Origin: Emiliania huxleyi CCMP1516 | Lineage: Eukaryota | Direction of reading: 5' to 3' | DNA length: 24,694 bases | Assembly: GCF_000372725.1 (NCBI RefSeq) | Contig: NW_005201183.1 | Coordinates: forward strand, 191,972 to 216,665 | Part shown: positions 1 through 10,373 of the stretch, piece by piece | How the letters are laid out: each line of letters starts with the position of its first letter | Numbering within the stretch: the stretch's first letter is position 1 | The notes under the pieces: generated by a model | The model's database searches: none | What the model was told of the DNA's origin: nothing | Seen by the model: only the letters and a program-made list of their open reading frames with translations | Translations under genes and position numbers: made by a program

Positions 1-599
1 GAGGAGGCGAGTACGCGCTGCCAGGCCTTCCGCAGACAGCCTCTTGGCCAGACTGAGGGTCGGCTTTGTGTGGCGTGGCCCGTGCGCTGCGCTGCACAAA
101 GCTGCGTAAACTGCGGGAGCATCCTGTGCTTCCTTTGGGAAGTGCGCACTTCCTGCAGCTGGTGGAAGGCCGTGCCGCCGCTCGTCTGCTCCGTGGACAG
201 GGCGGGGAGGCGGCACCGCAGCGCCGCAGCGTCCGCTGCACGCCGGTGCAGCACTCTGCTGCCTGGTGGGCAGCATGCTGGTGCTGTGCGCGGTGTTTGC
301 GAGGCGGCTTTGGCGCTGTACTGCCAGCCGAGGCGAGTGGCGCGCGGCACGCGCGGCGCCGCGCGTGGCCCGGATGGCGCCTGAGAGCGCGCTCGATGAG
401 CCAGCCGGCGCGGCGCGAGCGCCGTGCAAGCTGGCACATCGTCTGCATGCTGCCGTCGATTCTCTGGTCGACGGCGGTCAATCTCACGATTGTCGATCAA
501 AACCGGCGGGCTTTGTGACGCCGTTTACGCAATCGTTTTTTGGCCTCGCTTTCTCTTTTGCTTGGTTTTATTTTGTTTTTTCGTTTGCGAAGCGACAGA

Positions 600-1350
600 G
601 GGGGGGGCGGGCGGGCGCTAACTATGGGCAACTACATGTCGAAGGTTCGAGGTCGACTACTCCCCCCCTGGGTTTTTTGGGGGGGGGGGTTCCTTAAAGG
701 ACCGGGGGGGCCCCTTTCCCGGGGGGGGGAAGGTCCCCTTTTGACGTAAAAAGGGGGGGCAGGGAAAAGGGCCCCACTCATAAATTCCACTAATTTTTTC
801 CCTGGCCCCCCCCCCCCCTCGGAGGCCGCGGCCTTTCCCCTGGGGGTCCCCCCCTCCGGCCTCCTCCTCCTTGGTCCTTCCCCCCCGGCCGCCGCCTTCC
901 CCGTCACCTCCCTGGCCATCCTTTCCTTCACCGCCTTCCTGGAGGTTCCCCCTCCCTCCCCGCCGGGACCGCCTCCCCNNNNNNNNNNNNNNNNNNNNNN
1001 NNNNNNNNNNNNNNNNNNNNNNNNNNNNNNNNNNNNNNNNNNNNNNNNNNNNNNNNNNNNNNNNNNNNNNNNNNNNNNCCTTTTCCCTTTTTTTTTTGGG
1101 GGGCCCTCCCCTTTAGGGATCTTTTTCACCCCCGGGGTTTAGTTTTTGGGGGGGTTCCCCCCAGGCGTGTTTTTTTCAAAAACCCCGGAACCAAAATTTT
1201 GCCCGGGGGCCCAGCATATTAAACGGGTTTTTTGGCGGTTCCCCCTCTAACCTCGGGGGCCCCCCCCCCCCCCCCCGCCGCCGTTTCCTTAATCTTCTCT
1301 CTCGCCGTTTTTACAGGGCGGCTTCCTTTTCCCCCCCCCCCCCCCCACAC
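600..1350. other. Low-quality read ends flanking assembly gap 979-1078
   Basis: Inflated homopolymer runs on both sides of a 100-N gap; ORFs here are unreliable. Confidence 0.8.
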
Positions 1351-1482
1351 GCCCCACGGCCGCGGAAGCTGCCCGCCGCGGAAGCTGCTCGATAGGTGTC
1401 TCGCAGCTGCGTATTCTCGTATTCTCGTATTCTCGTCGCGTAGTGTGATATTGCGGTGGGGCGGTGCGTATTCTCGTATTAC

Positions 1483-1625
1483 TAGCTCCGAGTAGAGGGC
1501 AGCGTCCTGCAGTTAAGGGGAAACCTGGTACGCGGGTCCAACCCTCGGAGAGTACTCTTTAGCTCCGAGTAGAGGGGGCGCTCCGCTGCTAGGGGAAACC
1601 TGGAGCGCGGACTAACCCTCGGAGA
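1483..1625. repeat. Two tandem diverged ~67-nt structured repeats (77-bp period)
   Basis: TAGCTCCGAGTAGAGGG...AGGGGAAACCTGG...AACCCTCGGAGA at 1483-1551 and 1560-1625; outer stem CTCCGAG/CTCGGAG and hairpin AGG-GGAAA-CCT in both. Confidence 0.8.
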
Positions 1626-1694
1626 CGTGTTATGGCCCTGCGACCGCGCACCCCCGGGGCTAGGGCTCTCTAGCCCGTAACCCGATGCCGAGCG

Positions 1695-1773
1695 TCCGGC
1701 CAACTGGGTGCGCTTCTCAGCTCCCCGGTCCTGGGCGTGAGGTTACTGATTGCACTCCAAGTGCTCCAAGTGC
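1695..1773 (+). mobile_element. 79-bp dispersed repeat ending in (CTCCAAGTG)2; putative SINE/LINE 3' end, copy 1
   Basis: Colinear with 14217-14295 (about 9 substitutions); stem GGGTGCG/TGCACTC followed by a 9-mer tandem tail. Confidence 0.6.
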
Positions 1774-1813
1774 GTGGGCGGTTGAGCATCCCTCCGGGGG
1801 CCCCTCTGCGCCG

Positions 1814-2013
1814 TGCTGCCCAAGAAGGTCGAGGCCTTTGCAGGGCGGCGCGTCGTCGCTGTGTCGGCTGGACGCAGCCACAGCCTCACCACCACCGCCG
1901 ACGACGCCGTCTTTACCTGGGGCAAGGGCGGCCGCGGCTGCCTAGGCCACGGAGAGGACCTGTCGAACCAGCTGCTGCCCAAGAAGATCGAGGCGTGGGG
2001 TCCGGGGCAGTGA
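1814..2013 (+). pseudogene. 5'-truncated C-terminal fragment of an RCC1-repeat gene
   Basis: LPKKVEAFAGRRVVAVSAGRSHSL...GCLGHGEDLSNQLLPKKIEAWGPGQ* nearly identical to the C-terminus of 2293..3723; no upstream coding continuation. Confidence 0.85.
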
Positions 2014-2292
2014 GGAAAAGGGCGAAGGGTGCACAGGAGTGTGCTGCCATGTGCCCATTCTTCACGTTGCGAACGTCTCCGAGAGTGGGGAGAGGCGAAT
2101 CCGGAAGGGTAGAGGTTTGTGCATGCTCCACTGTTTCCTGCGGGTTGCTGCACGTCTGGGCTTTGTTGCTCGGCCGTGATGTGGCTTCGCGATGGCATGA
2201 ATGATCGTGTGTCGTACACTGTTGAGGGCCCGGGTTTTTCTTCATTTCTCACCTGTGTCGAGCCCGTCGCATTTTAAATTCTTTTTCTCACG

Positions 2293-3723
2293 ATGTCCAC
2301 CCCGCCGCGCCGCCGCTCGCGCCGCCTCGCCCCCGCCTCCTCCGCCACCCCCTCGCCAGACACGCCGCCGCCCGCCCGCCTCCTCGACCTCCCCACGGAG
2401 CTCCTCGTGCGCGCCATCTCTCGCTGCGACCCCGCCGACATCGCTCGCGTCGCGGCCGTCTCGCTGCTCTTCCACGCCTCGCTTGCGCTGGAGGCCATCC
2501 GCTTGTGGGCGCAGGAGCGCGGCTTCGAGCTGCCGGCGCTGCCAGAGGGCGAGAGCTGCGCTGTGCGGTGGCTGTGCTATTCTGCGCTGCTGCGCGAGTC
2601 CAACCCGCCGGCGAGGGCGGCGGCAAGCCAGTATCACAGCCTCTTCATCGTCGGCGAGGGGCGGCTCTCGTCGTGCGGCTGCCCGCCGGATCACGTCCCA
2701 GGCCTGCTCGGGCACGGCGAGGGCGTAACGCGGCTCAACACGCCGACCCGCCTCCCGTCGACGCCGGGCGCCGAGCGTGCAGTGAGTGTGTCGGCTGGAG
2801 GATTCCACAGTCTCGCCCTCACCGGCAGCGGCGCCGTCTGGAGCTGGGGCCAGGGAGTCTTGGGCGCGCTGGGCCACGGCGACGATCAGGACCTGTGGCA
2901 GCTGACGAAGGTTGAGGCCTTGGCTGAGCAGCGCATCATCGCAGTCTCGGCTGGACGCGAGCACAGCCTTGCCCTCACCGCTGACGGAGAAGTCTTGAGC
3001 TGGGGCTGGGGAAGGTCAGGCCGGTTGGGCCACGGCGACGAGGAGAAGCAGCCGCTGCCCAAGAAGGTCGAGGCCTTGGCGGAGCGGAGCGTTGTCGCTG
3101 TGTCGGCCGGAGGTCTGCACAGCCTCGCCATCACGGCCGACGGCGCCGTCTTGAGCTGGGGCGGTGGAGCCTCTGGCCGGCTGGGCCACGGCGACGAGCA
3201 GATCCAGCTGCTGCCCAAGAAGGTCGAGGCCTTGGCTGGCCAGCGCGTCGTCGCTGTGTCGGCTGGAGTGGTGCACAACCTCGCCCTCACCACCGACGGC
3301 AGCGTTTGGAGCTGGGGCGATGGAGCCTTTGGCAGGCTTGGCCACGGTTTCGACACGCAGAGCCAGCTGCTGCCGAACAAGGTCGAGGCCTTCGCTGGCC
3401 AGCGCGTCGTCGCTGTGTCGGCGGGATACTTCCACAGCCTCGCCATCACCGCCGACGGCGCCGTCTGGAGCTGGGGCGGTGGAGCCTATGGCCAGCTGGG
3501 CCACGGCGACGAGCAGATCCAGCTGCTGCCCAAGAAGGTCGAGGTCTTTGCTGGCCAGCGCGTCGTCGCTGTGTCGGCTGGAGGTCTGCACAGCCTCGCC
3601 CTCACCGCCAACGGCGCCTTCTTTACCTGGGGCGAGGGCGGCCGCGGCTGCCTAGGCCACGGAGAGGACCTGTCGAACCAGCTGCTGCCCAAGAAGGTCG
3701 AGGCGTGGGCGCCGGGGCAGTGA
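2293..3723 (+). CDS. RCC1/BLIP-II repeat beta-propeller protein with N-terminal F-box-like motif, 476 aa, intronless
   Basis: About 6 repeats of VVAVSAGxxHSLALTADGxVxSWGxGxxGRLGHGD; N-terminal LLDLPTELLVRAISRCDPADIARVAAVS resembles the F-box consensus; strong GC3 bias. Confidence 0.9.
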   Translation: MSTPPRRRSRRLAPASSATPSPDTPPPARLLDLPTELLVRAISRCDPADIARVAAVSLLFHASLALEAIRLWAQERGFELPALPEGESCAVRWLCYSALLRESNPPARAAASQYHSLFIVGEGRLSSCGCPPDHVPGLLGHGEGVTRLNTPTRLPSTPGAERAVSVSAGGFHSLALTGSGAVWSWGQGVLGALGHGDDQDLWQLTKVEALAEQRIIAVSAGREHSLALTADGEVLSWGWGRSGRLGHGDEEKQPLPKKVEALAERSVVAVSAGGLHSLAITADGAVLSWGGGASGRLGHGDEQIQLLPKKVEALAGQRVVAVSAGVVHNLALTTDGSVWSWGDGAFGRLGHGFDTQSQLLPNKVEAFAGQRVVAVSAGYFHSLAITADGAVWSWGGGAYGQLGHGDEQIQLLPKKVEVFAGQRVVAVSAGGLHSLALTANGAFFTWGEGGRGCLGHGEDLSNQLLPKKVEAWAPGQ

Positions 3724-4047
3724 GCAGGGAGGCTCCACACCCCGTAGGTGACGTTCTCGTCCTTGCTCTCTTAAGAGACGGTGGCACGGTGCCCAGTCTC
3801 AGCAACCCGCGCACACGCCCTTGGCGCTTGGGCTACAGTTGTATTCAGATTTTTGAGATCTTGACCTCCGGTCGAGATCCGGTCGAGATCGCCACCCGTG
3901 AGCCGTGTCACCAGATCGAAAGTCCAGCTCCAGGAACTGTGTTCTACGAGACTCGAGACTACGACCGTTCCACAACTCCACAAGGGCGAACAACCCGCTC
4001 TCACTAGTGAGTAGTGTGGGCGAAAGACGGCGCGAGGGCACAGCCGC

Positions 4048-7000
4048 TCAGCCCTTTGCGTCGGCCTTCGCCTTCGCCTTCGCCTTGCGCTCCGTCTTGA
4101 GCGCGGCGGTGGCGGCGGAAGGCGCCACGAGCTTGACGTTGGAGATCATCTGCCGGACCAGCTCGTCGTCCTTGATGGCCTACACGAGGCGCAGCAAGAG
4201 CGCTAAGCGGGGAGCGCCGACCAGCACGCCGCTCGTCCTACTCCGCAGCCGCCCGCATCAGCTCGCGCTCTCGCTCGCTCGCGCCGCCCGCGCCGCCGCA
4301 AAAGATGCCGACGGCCTGACGGCGGCAGGAGGTGTGACTACCAGTGCTATGGACCGGACCGGCGGACCAAATGCCGCCCGCCTGCTTGGCGGCCTTGCCC
4401 TTCTTCTGCGAGCCCGGCGTGAGCTTGACGCGGAATCGGTACGCCTGTTCACAGCTGCCGCCGTGAAGAGGCGCTCTCGACAGCCGCGAGCTCCGCGCCG
4501 AGCTCGCGCGCCGACAGGGCCGAGTACGGCGCGCAGACGGGCACCGCGTAGAGGAGCGAGTCGCCCTCGGCGGGCAAGGCCTTGAGACAGGGGGGGCGAG
4601 TGGTGGACGCGTCGTGGACACGCCCCACACAGCGGAACGCCCTCTTCGGCGGGGGTCGGGGTGGGGCCGGGGTCGTGAGGGAGTCGTGCTACCTCTCGGC
4701 TACCTCTCGGCTACCTCTCGGCTACCTCTCGGCTACCTCTCGGCTACCTCTCGGCTACCTCTCGGCTACCTCTCGGCTACCTCTCGGCTACCTCTCGGCT
4801 ACCTCTCGGCTACCTCTCGGCTACCTCTCGGCTACCTCTCGGCTACCTCTCGGCTACCTCTCGGCTACCTCTCGGCTACCTCTCGGCTACCTCTCGGCCA
4901 CCTCTCGGCTACCTCTTGGCTACCTCTCGGCTACCTCTCGGCTACCTCTCGGCTACCTCTCGGCTACCTCTCGGCTACCTCTCGGCTACCTCTCGGCTAC
5001 CTCTCGGCTACCTCTCGGCTGTCTCTCGGCTATCTCTCGGCTATCTCTCGGCTATCTCTCGGCCGTGAGGGCGTCATGCTGCGCGAGCGCCGCGCGCTGC
5101 CCCTCGTCGAGCTCCTGCGGGGCGTGTCAGTGCATCACCGGCGCATGCTCTTGGAGCAGCGACCCCACCCGCCCCTCCTCCTCGCCTGTATGCTCGGCTC
5201 CTCGAGCAAACTCCTGCGCGCGCGGAGGGAGGGGGAGGGGGGGGGGGGGGGGTTCCCGGCCAAACAAGGGCAGAGGCGCCTCCAAGGGCAAGGGGGGGCC
5301 ACCGCAGCTCGGCTGCTCCAGCCGCGTCAAAAGAAGCGGGGGCAGCCTTGTCGGGGACCGCAGTCGCCCCCGCCCCCGCCGAATGCCGCTCCTTGGGGGC
5401 CGTTTCCGCCTGGTCACGAAAGCTCCCAGTGAGTCCCCGGGACGGCTCCCCGGCTGTGGGGCTCCTTGCGCCGGGGAATCTTTCCTCCCGCTGCTCGGGG
5501 ACGCGGCGCGCCTGCTTCTCCACGTTGTCCTTGTGCCCCTGAACCTGCTGGCAAACCCGTCCTGTGAAGAGGCAGCTGTCTCCTCCCCTCTCCGGGCCGT
5601 CCCTTGCGCCGCCGCGCCTTTTGGGCCTCCCTCGGCGCCTTTNNNNNNNNNNNNNNNNNNNNNNNNNNNNNNNNNNNNNNNNNNNNNNNNNNNNNNNNNN
5701 NNNNNNNNNNNNNNNNNNNNNNNNNNNNNNNNNNNNNNNNNNNNNNNNNNNNNNNNNNNNNNNNNNNNNNNNNNNNNNNNNNNNNNNNNNNNNNNNNNNN
5801 NNNNNNNNNNNNNNNNNNNNNNNNNNNNNNNNNNNNNNNNNNNNNNNNNNNNNNNNNNNNNNNNNNNNNNNNNNNNNNNNNNNNNNNNNNNNNNNNNNNN
5901 NNNNNNNNNNNNNNNNNNNNNNNNNNNNNNNNNNNNNNNNNNNNNNNNNNNNNNNNNNNNNNNNNNNNNNNNNNNNNNNNNNNNNNNNNNNNNNNNNNNN
6001 NNNNNNNNNNNNNNNNNNNNNNNNNNNNNNNNNNNNNNNNNNNNNNNNNNNNNNNNNNNNNNNNNNNNNNNNNNNNNNNNNNNNNNNNNNNNNNNNNNNN
6101 NNNNNNNNNNNNNNNNNNNNNNNNNNNNNNNNNNNNNNNNNNNNNNNNNNNNNNNNNNNNNNNNNNNNNNNNNNNNNNNNNNNNNNNNNNNNNNNNNNNN
6201 NNNNNNNNNNNNNNNNNNNNNNNNNNNNNNNNNNNNNNNNNNNNNNNNNNNNNNNNNNNNNNNNNNNNNNNNNNNNNNNNNNNNNNNNNNNNNNNNNNNN
6301 NNNNNNNNNNNNNNNNNNNNNNNNNNNNNNNNNNNNNNNNNNNNNNNNNNNNNNNNNNNNNNNNNNNNNNNNNNNNNNNNNNNNNNNNNNNNNNNNNNNN
6401 NNNNNNNNNNNNNNNNNNNNNNNNNNNNNNNNNNNNNNNNNNNNNNNNNNNNNNNNNNNNNNNNNNNNNNNNNNNNNNNNNNNNNNNNNNNNNNNNNNNN
6501 NNNNNNNNNCGTCAGAGTCGCTGGCGAGCCGAGCTGCGTCTTGCGAACCAGCGGTGGTCACGACATGCCTAGAAGGTTCCTAGAAGGCTCCTGGAAGGCT
6601 CCTAGAAGGTTCCTAGAAGGCTCCTAGAAGGCTCCTAGAAGGTTCCTAGAAGGTTCCTCTGCGGTGGTCTCTCGCGCGACCGCCTTGAAGAGGACGCCGA
6701 GCCCCATCAGCAGCTGCGTGGGCGGCAGGTACTCCTTGCTGCCCCGTATGACGAACTGGCCGGCGGGCAGCCGGTCGCCCGTCGCCCTCTGCTTGTGGAC
6801 CTGGTCGTGGGCCACGTGCCACGCCGACGTGACCGTGCGAGAGGTCCACGCGCCTGCGGGAAAGTGGCTGGTGGAGGGGGGCCCAAGGGGGAAGGGACGT
6901 CACACCGCCAGAGGCCCGCGCGCGCCCGAGCGGCAGAGCACGTACGACCCAGCTTGCGAGAGAGTGAGCGGCGGCACCGCCGCCGCCGCGCCGTTCGCCT

Positions 7001-10000
7001 TGACGATACACGGCAGCGCGCCGTCGATGTCGCAGCCAACGAAGACGTCCCCTGGCCCGAGGTGTCGCTGGGCGAGCAGCTCCGCCTGCGAGACGCAGCC
7101 GAGATACAGCCGAGATACAGCCGAGGTGCAGCCGAGGCGCAGCCGAGGTGCAGCCGAGGTGCAGCCGAGGTGCAGCCGAGATACAGCCGAGATACAGCCG
7201 AGGTGCAGCCGAGGTACAGCCGAGGTGCAGCCGAGGTGCGGCCGAAGTGCAGCCGAGGTGCGGCCGAAGTGCAGCCGACGTGCGGCCGAGGTGCAGCCGA
7301 GGTGCGGCCGAGGTGCGGCCGAGGTGCGGCCGAAGTGCAGCCGACGTGCGGCCGAAGTGCAGATCTCGTGCAGATCTCGTGCAGATCTGCTGCAGATCTC
7401 GTGCAGATCTCGTGCAGATCTCGTGCAGATCTGCAGCAGATCTCGTGCAGATCTCGTGCAGATCTCGTGCCTGCGCCCCGTCATGCGGCGCGAGGACGAG
7501 GCAGTTCTCCGACGAGATGAACCATGCGAACTTCTCCCACCAGCCCGTCGACCGCACCTAGAAGGTTCCTAGAAGGTTCCTAGAAGGTTCCTCTGCGAAC
7601 TTCTCCCACCAGCCCGTCGACCGCACCTATAAAAAAGAAAAAACACTTGCCGCATGGTGGGAGTGTTTTTCTTTATTATCACCAGCCCGTCGACCGCACC
7701 GCCCGGATCGAGGCGCTCACCTTGATGGCCGCCACCGACGCCTGCGCCTTCGACTCGGCCGACCGGACCGCCCCGTCCGCCGCGGCGATCGTCTTTGCCG
7801 TCTTGAGAGCCGCGGCCTTCTTCTGCGCGTAGAAAGCGCGCGCGTTGGAGAGGGCCGACTCCCGCACGTCCAGCGCGACGAGCGTCGCCTGCAGGAAGAG
7901 GGACAGAGACGCGTCGAGGGGTGGGCGCCCTCCTCCAGAGGCGGCAAGCCAGAAGGACGAGCGTCGCCGGCCGAGTCAGCTCCTCCTCGCTCGCCTCCTC
8001 GTCCGCCTCGAGCGCCACGGTCACCGAATGGCGAGCCAAGTCGAGCCGGACCACCTAGACACTCCCTGGACACTTCCCAGACACCTCCTTGGCCACACCT
8101 CTCAAGTCGAGCCGGACCACCATCGCCGCTAGCTGGTCGCCCGCCCGAGCAGATTCGTCGACCAGCTCCTGCAGAGCGGTCCACGCCATCCCGCGGCCGA
8201 GGCCTGCGCGGAGCGACGCGAGGAGCGAGTCCACCTCGCCCGCGCGCAGCTCGAGCAGCTCGCCTGTTCACAGCTGCAGGTGTGAAGAGACGCTGTTCAC
8301 ACCTCGCCCGCGCGCAGCTCGAGCAGCTCGCCGCGCCGCCGGTCCTCCTCTTCCTTTGCGCGCAGCTCGCCCACCCTCCGCTCCTGCGCCTCCTTCACCT
8401 TGTCCACCTTCTTCCACGCCGCCGCCTGCTTGCTGCTCACCTCGTCCACGCCCCGCTCCATCTCCACCTACCCTCCCAACCAGCCACAGCTCCTTGCCGG
8501 CGGCCCGCACCCCGGCCCTCCGCCCGGCCCACTCCGCCACTCCGCCTTTGCGTAGAACTCGTCCACCGCCTCCCAGAAGGCAGCGTACCGCAGCAGCCGC
8601 CTGCCGGCGTGCTGCGCAAGCGTGTACGGCGCGAACTCGAGGAAGAGCCGGCCGTCCGAAGCCTCGCCGCCCTCGCCGCCCTGCTGGCCTCCGCCCGCGC
8701 CACCCCCTCCCCCCCCCCCTCCTCCACCCCCTCCTCCACCCCCTCCCCCCCCCCCTCCTCCGCCCCCTCCGGCTCCGTCCCGAAGCACGATCCAGCCCAG
8801 CGGCGCGGTCGACGCGCGCAGCTCGCCAGCCCCCTCCCCTGCCACCACGCCCGCCGCCACACCGCCCGCCGCCACACTTCCCGCCGGCGACTCGGGTGGG
8901 TGAGCTGGGGAGTCGGCCTCGTCCGCCGCCGCCTCGTCCTCTTCGGCAAGGACGGGCGGGGGGGCGTCGACGAAGAGGGCCGCCGCCTACGTGGGGAGAT
9001 ACGGGGAGGTGTGGGGAGGTGTGAAAGAGGGCCGCCGCCGCCCACACGTGTCGCAGGCTCACGAGGAGGACTGCTGCTCCTCTCTCTCTCTCTCAACCCG
9101 ACTGTGCAGGCGAGGGGGGGTGCGAGGCGCCTCCTCCAGCGCGCCGACCAGCCGCCCGAAGGCCTCCCCTTCCCACGGCCTCGCCGCAAGCCGTGTGCCA
9201 GCCGGCAGGTCTGCGGCGGCGCAGGCGTGCTCCGCTATCTCTCTGCCGAGGGGGACGGCGCGGAGGAGGAAGGCGCCGAGCTGCTGAGAGCCTGTGAAAA
9301 CGGTCGGAGAAGGGGCCGGGGGTGGGGTCCTGGAGGGGGGGGGGGGGGGGGAGGGCGCCGAGGCTGCTGCGAGCCGTCTGCCGCCGCCATCTTGGCTGCG
9401 AGCCACGCCTGCAGGAGGAAGGGTCCGGGAAGGGTCCGGGAAAGGTCCGGGAAAGGTCCGGGAATCGCAGCGCCCGTCTGCTCGGCAGGCCCGCGCCTCG
9501 GAGAGCGGCGGCAGCTCGCGCGAGGCGGAGAGCGGGTACGCCTCCTTGACCGTCACGCGCGCCTGTGGGAAGGGCTCAAAGACGGCTCGGAAGAAGGCTC
9601 GCGGGAGAGACGGCACCGACGGCGACGGCAGCAGCATCGCCTCGCTGTCGTGCTTGGAGGAGCGGAGGAGGGTGAGGATGGTGTGGGAGCAGTCGGTGAG
9701 CACGACGTTGCCCTTGTCGTACAGCTCGACGATCAGGTGGTGCCGCGCCTCGCCCGAGCCGCACGCCACCACCAGCACCCGGTCTGCGCCCGGCTGCAGC
9801 AGCTGCTCGATCCGCTTCCCCTTGAGGTGCTTGCGCAGCTTCATCGTGAAGCCGCTCGGCGTGCCCTCCTTGTCGCGCGCGTACCGCGTCAGGTGGAAGC
9901 GCACGCCCGACTCGAGCAGCAGCAGCAGCTTTGGCGCTTCGGGCTTGGAGAGCTTGAGGATGTAGGTGCGCGGGTTGGCGTCGTAGACGTTGGTGATGCG

Positions 10001-10090
10001 GTAGCCGGCGATCATCGGCTCGAGCGACGTGGCCATCGCACGGACGTCGAGCGACGAGAAGCGCGATTTCGCGGCCTTGCCCTTCCCCAT
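4048..10090 (-). CDS. NEMF: NEMF/Rqc2/Tae2 (NFACT family) ribosome quality-control subunit; multi-exon, spans gap 5643-6509
   Basis: N-term KSRFSSLDVRAM, GYRITNVYD, LLLESGVRFHLT, PSGFTMKLRKHL, HHLIVELYDKGNVVLTD; NFACT-R WWEKFAWFISSEN, VPPLTLSQAG, GQFVIRGSKEYLPPTQLLMGLGVLFK; C-term LLYAVPVCAPYSAL, YRFRVKLTPGSQKKGKAAK; stop TGA at 4048-4050. Resolved introns include 4180-4252, 4445-4511, 4581-5063, 8264-8331 (all GC-AG). Confidence 0.93.
4444..4482. repeat. 39-bp intron-associated core, copy 1 (diverged)
   Basis: CCTGTTCACAGCTGCCGCCGTGAAGAGGCGCTCTCGACA; supplies the 3' splice site (GTGAACAG on minus) of NEMF intron 4445-4511. Confidence 0.75.
4689..5063. repeat. Intronic 11-mer array (CTACCTCTCGG)n, about 34 copies
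   Basis: Directly visible; lies in NEMF intron 4581-5063, whose GC donor is at the array edge. Confidence 0.95.
6568..6660. repeat. Intronic 11-mer array (CCTAGAAGG[T/C]T)n
   Basis: About 8 copies; same unit recurs at 7557-7593. Confidence 0.9.
7091..7470. repeat. Intron made of two abutting 11-mer arrays (GCAGCCGAGGT)n and (GCAGATCTCGT)n
   Basis: Fills the NEMF intron between ...HDGAQ and AELLAQR...; switch of unit near 7358. Confidence 0.92.
8263..8301. repeat. 39-bp intron-associated core, copy 2, with 33-bp flanking duplication
   Basis: CCTGTTCACAGCTGCAGGTGTGAAGAGACGCTGTTCACA; perfect direct repeats at 8232-8264 and 8300-8332. Confidence 0.88.
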
Positions 10091-10373
10091 CGTGGCGGCT
10101 GTCGGCCTCAGTCAGGGGGCGACAGCTGGGGGCGACAAGAGAATTTCGGGCATTTTCTTTTTCCGGTAACACTGTAAAAAAAATGCCAGAATTTCCAAAC
10201 CTCGGCGGTGGCGCGCGCCGCGCCGGGACACTTTGGACCCGCAGCCTGGCATACGCCAGGCCACAGATCCGCCGGCAGAGCCTTACAGCTGCATCCGCGA
10301 TCCGCACCGGCTCTCAGGAGAAATCCGGCGCGGTGCTGTCTGCAACCCGAGCTATCTGGCGGACCTCGCGCGC
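10091..10373. promoter_or_regulatory. Short divergent intergenic region, probable bidirectional promoter
   Basis: 283 bp between head-to-head ATGs (10090 minus, 10374 plus) with an AT-rich patch at 10140-10200. Confidence 0.5.

Noticed and set aside
1..518. ORFs at the window start; possible minus-strand gene start near 448
   Set aside because: No recognisable domain or clear coding frame, though an AT-rich promoter-like tract lies at 500-590.
1695..1773. tRNA, SECIS or hammerhead/HDV ribozyme
   Set aside because: No A/B boxes, no CUGANGA plus GAAA core and no consistent HDV pseudoknot on either strand.
5150..5642. Apparent frameshifts in NEMF next to the gap
   Set aside because: Low-quality read end; not evidence of pseudogenisation.
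4582..7572. Long plus-strand ORFs (681, 339, 322, 302 aa)
   Set aside because: Run through N gaps, intronic repeats and the antisense strand of NEMF.
8282..10177. 631-aa plus-strand ORF
   Set aside because: Antisense shadow of GC-rich NEMF exons.
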